DNA of 64,000 nucleotides from Tubulanus polymorphus (lineage: Eukaryota > Animalia > Nemertea), in NCBI RefSeq assembly GCF_964204645.1, contig NC_134025.1, positions 4,526,001 to 4,590,000 on the forward strand, written 5' to 3'. Below the pieces are notes generated by a model. The model saw nothing but the letters and a program-made list of their open reading frames with translations. It had not been told where the DNA came from and did not search any database. Position numbers and translations under genes: made by a program. This document shows positions 61,748 through 64,000 of this stretch, piece by piece. The stretch's first letter is position 1, and every line of letters begins with the position of its first letter.

Positions 61748-64000
61748 TCACACTTTTCCCTCAAATGTTTGATAAACCGTTGTTGTCTGATTTCGGAAAT
61801 CTGTCTGTATTTGAAGTAACAGCCCAGGAGTGAACAATACATCCACTGCTGTCATAGCTAAAGATTTAGCGGTTTGTAGAGTTCGTTTCTGAGCTTCAGC
61901 CGATCCTGAAAAACAACGAAAATTTTCGATGTGCATCTTTGATCTTAATACATCCAGTATTAAGACTGACCTGGATTTGGTTGGGAGGCGACAAACCTCA
62001 ATCAGAAATCTGACGCGGTACGTGATGAGAAAAGTAAGAATTTCGTTACCTGACGCTGTTGTGAATTCGTACGAATGATTTGGAGCGTCTGTACCAATAC
62101 TAAAACAGGGATGTATAGACGGAACCAGCTGACTAATGTTACCCATGTCCGATGAACCCAGAGTAACATCTTTATCATAAAACTCTACACCGTTTTGACG
62201 GCCGTTTTCTTCGTACAGTTTACATAGCGTGTGGTTATGTATCATAGCATCGTAGGCACTATCGTGTTCAAAACTAATCTCAACCTGTTCAGTAGAAAAT
62301 CGAATAAAATATCCAGAGGCACAGATAAGAAATAATCGAATGATACATGTTTTGATACAATAACCACCAGTCAACGTAAAATAATATCACTGTGTACATC
62401 GATTCATTCGATCATGTGTTAATAATAATGTAAACAAATTCAAGAAAAGATTTTTTTTCAATTTTCCCTATCGAAATTGAACTCTGTTATTGATCGTTAC
62501 AAATTAGTTTCCATATTTTCAAATATTCGTGACAACTGTTATAACCATTATACCTGGCATTCTGTCGCCAAAGCAGCACCTGTCATTCGGAGTTTAGCTT
62601 TGTCGATTAACTCACGAAGGTAACTCGTATCGGTTGTTCGATAAGCAACTTCAAGTATCGCCTCATCAGGAATCACATTCACTCGACTTCCACCCTTCGA
62701 TATTATTGCTAGAAGAAAGTAAAGTCTTGATTTATCTATAGTAACGATTGTCAATTAATCAAACGTGGCGATGTGTTTGAATTTTTACCATGTGCGAAAC
62801 TGCCAGGTTTCATGTGTTGTCTCAAACACGCCAGACTCTGATAGGCAGTAACTGCAGCATCCAGGGCGTTCTGTCCATCCCATGGAGCTCCAGCTGCGTG
62901 GCTACTCTTACCCCTAAATATAGCTTTTCCTCTACAATGAAAACGACAAATTAGTCTGAAAAAAATAGTCTGAAAAAAATGATATAAGAATCCTAGCCAG
63001 GAGAATACCGATACGTCAAATTTACTTCTCATTTCGTCAACCAGTTTCAATCTAATTTATTTCAGTTTCAAATACCAAACAGATAAATAGAGAAATACGC
63101 ACACAATTCTACTGATCACCCCCGGCGTAACTGTCTCATGAGCGAACGGATGAGCCATTATAGCTATATCTACACCATCCAGGGCACCACCGCGTATCAT
63201 GTGAATTTTACCGCCATATGATTCCTCGGCTGGTGTACCCAGTACTATCACCTATACGATTAAACGTAATGAATATCAACATATTAACATATGAGAATAT
63301 TCAAAATAATCATAATAATGATGATAACACATGTACGTATGTGTATTTATATTCATATAAGTATATGAATAAAGAATTTGATTTGAATATTTTCCATTCG
63401 TGTTTGTATCGTACATTTTTATATCAGCTTTGTATATTATTCCGTATGATCACCTTATCAACAGACTTATCTTTAGAAACTCCTTAACCTCAACTCTAGG
63501 CCAGCACTACAATTAATACATTTCTGTCCTCGAAATTAATACCACTATAGCCTCTAGCATATATTCCAATCATTCCAACCGTATTTTCAATTAAAACCTA
63601 ATATATTCTCTTAATGGACCTACTTACTTTTCCTTTGAAATCAGGATCATTTTTTAGTTCTTTTTCAATACACGTTTTAACAGCTACGGCTGCACCAGCA
63701 CCACATTCTGCGATCAAATTGTGGCCACAAGCGTGCCCTATCTCCGGTAATGCATCGTACTCGCAAATAAGACAAACCACCACTCCACCATCAACACCGT
63801 AACTACATCTGAACCCTGTTTCTAAGATGTAGTGCTGCTCAACTTCGAACCCGTGTCTTCTCAAAAACTCTGTTAATATTCGATGTGCTTCGAACTCATT
63901 GAATCCTAGTTCAGGATTTTTCCAAATCTTCTGACTTAATTCCCCCAATTCCTGTTCATTTTGTTGAATACTGTAAGAGACGACAGCTTTCAGTACGTTT
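61748..64000 (-). CDS. PM20D2: Peptidase M20 domain-containing protein 2 (amidohydrolase), 5' end outside the window
   Basis: IWKNPELGFNEFEAH, CEYDALPEIGHACGHNLIAE, VLGTPAEESYGGK..IMAHP, GKSSHAAGAPWDGQNALDAAV, NVIPD, GSSDMGNISQLVPSIHP, NHSYEF; six exons; TGA 61748-61750. Confidence 0.93.

Overview
AT-rich, intron-containing animal genomic DNA (probably a marine invertebrate; not prokaryotic). Bases 1-41.1 kb are a compact housekeeping cluster, mostly head-to-head or tail-to-tail: alpha-actinin(-), TMEM160-like(+), RBM25(-), a DHHC palmitoyltransferase (ZDHHC24/22-like, +), UBXN1(-), NSMCE1(+), FAU/eS30(-), MALSU1(-) and a divergent primase large-subunit (PRIM2-like) gene(-). Bases ~41.3-61 kb are repeat-dominated: a Penelope-type minimal hammerhead ribozyme, about three copies of a ~4.7 kb tandem unit, a unique island with an intronless rhodopsin-class GPCR and a U5 snRNA gene, and minisatellites. 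Each unit carries a CTCF-like motif array; the two complete units also carry a duplicated, covarying multi-stem RNA-like module and decayed ORFs. The window ends in a 5'-truncated PM20D2-like gene(-). Most notable: mutually exclusive CH2 exons in alpha-actinin, RBM25 introns with unused 5' splice sites, a poison exon and in-frame microexons, the structured module in the repeat, and the PRIM2 paralog. All calls were made by eye from motif recognition; no database searches were run, and coordinates marked ~ are approximate.
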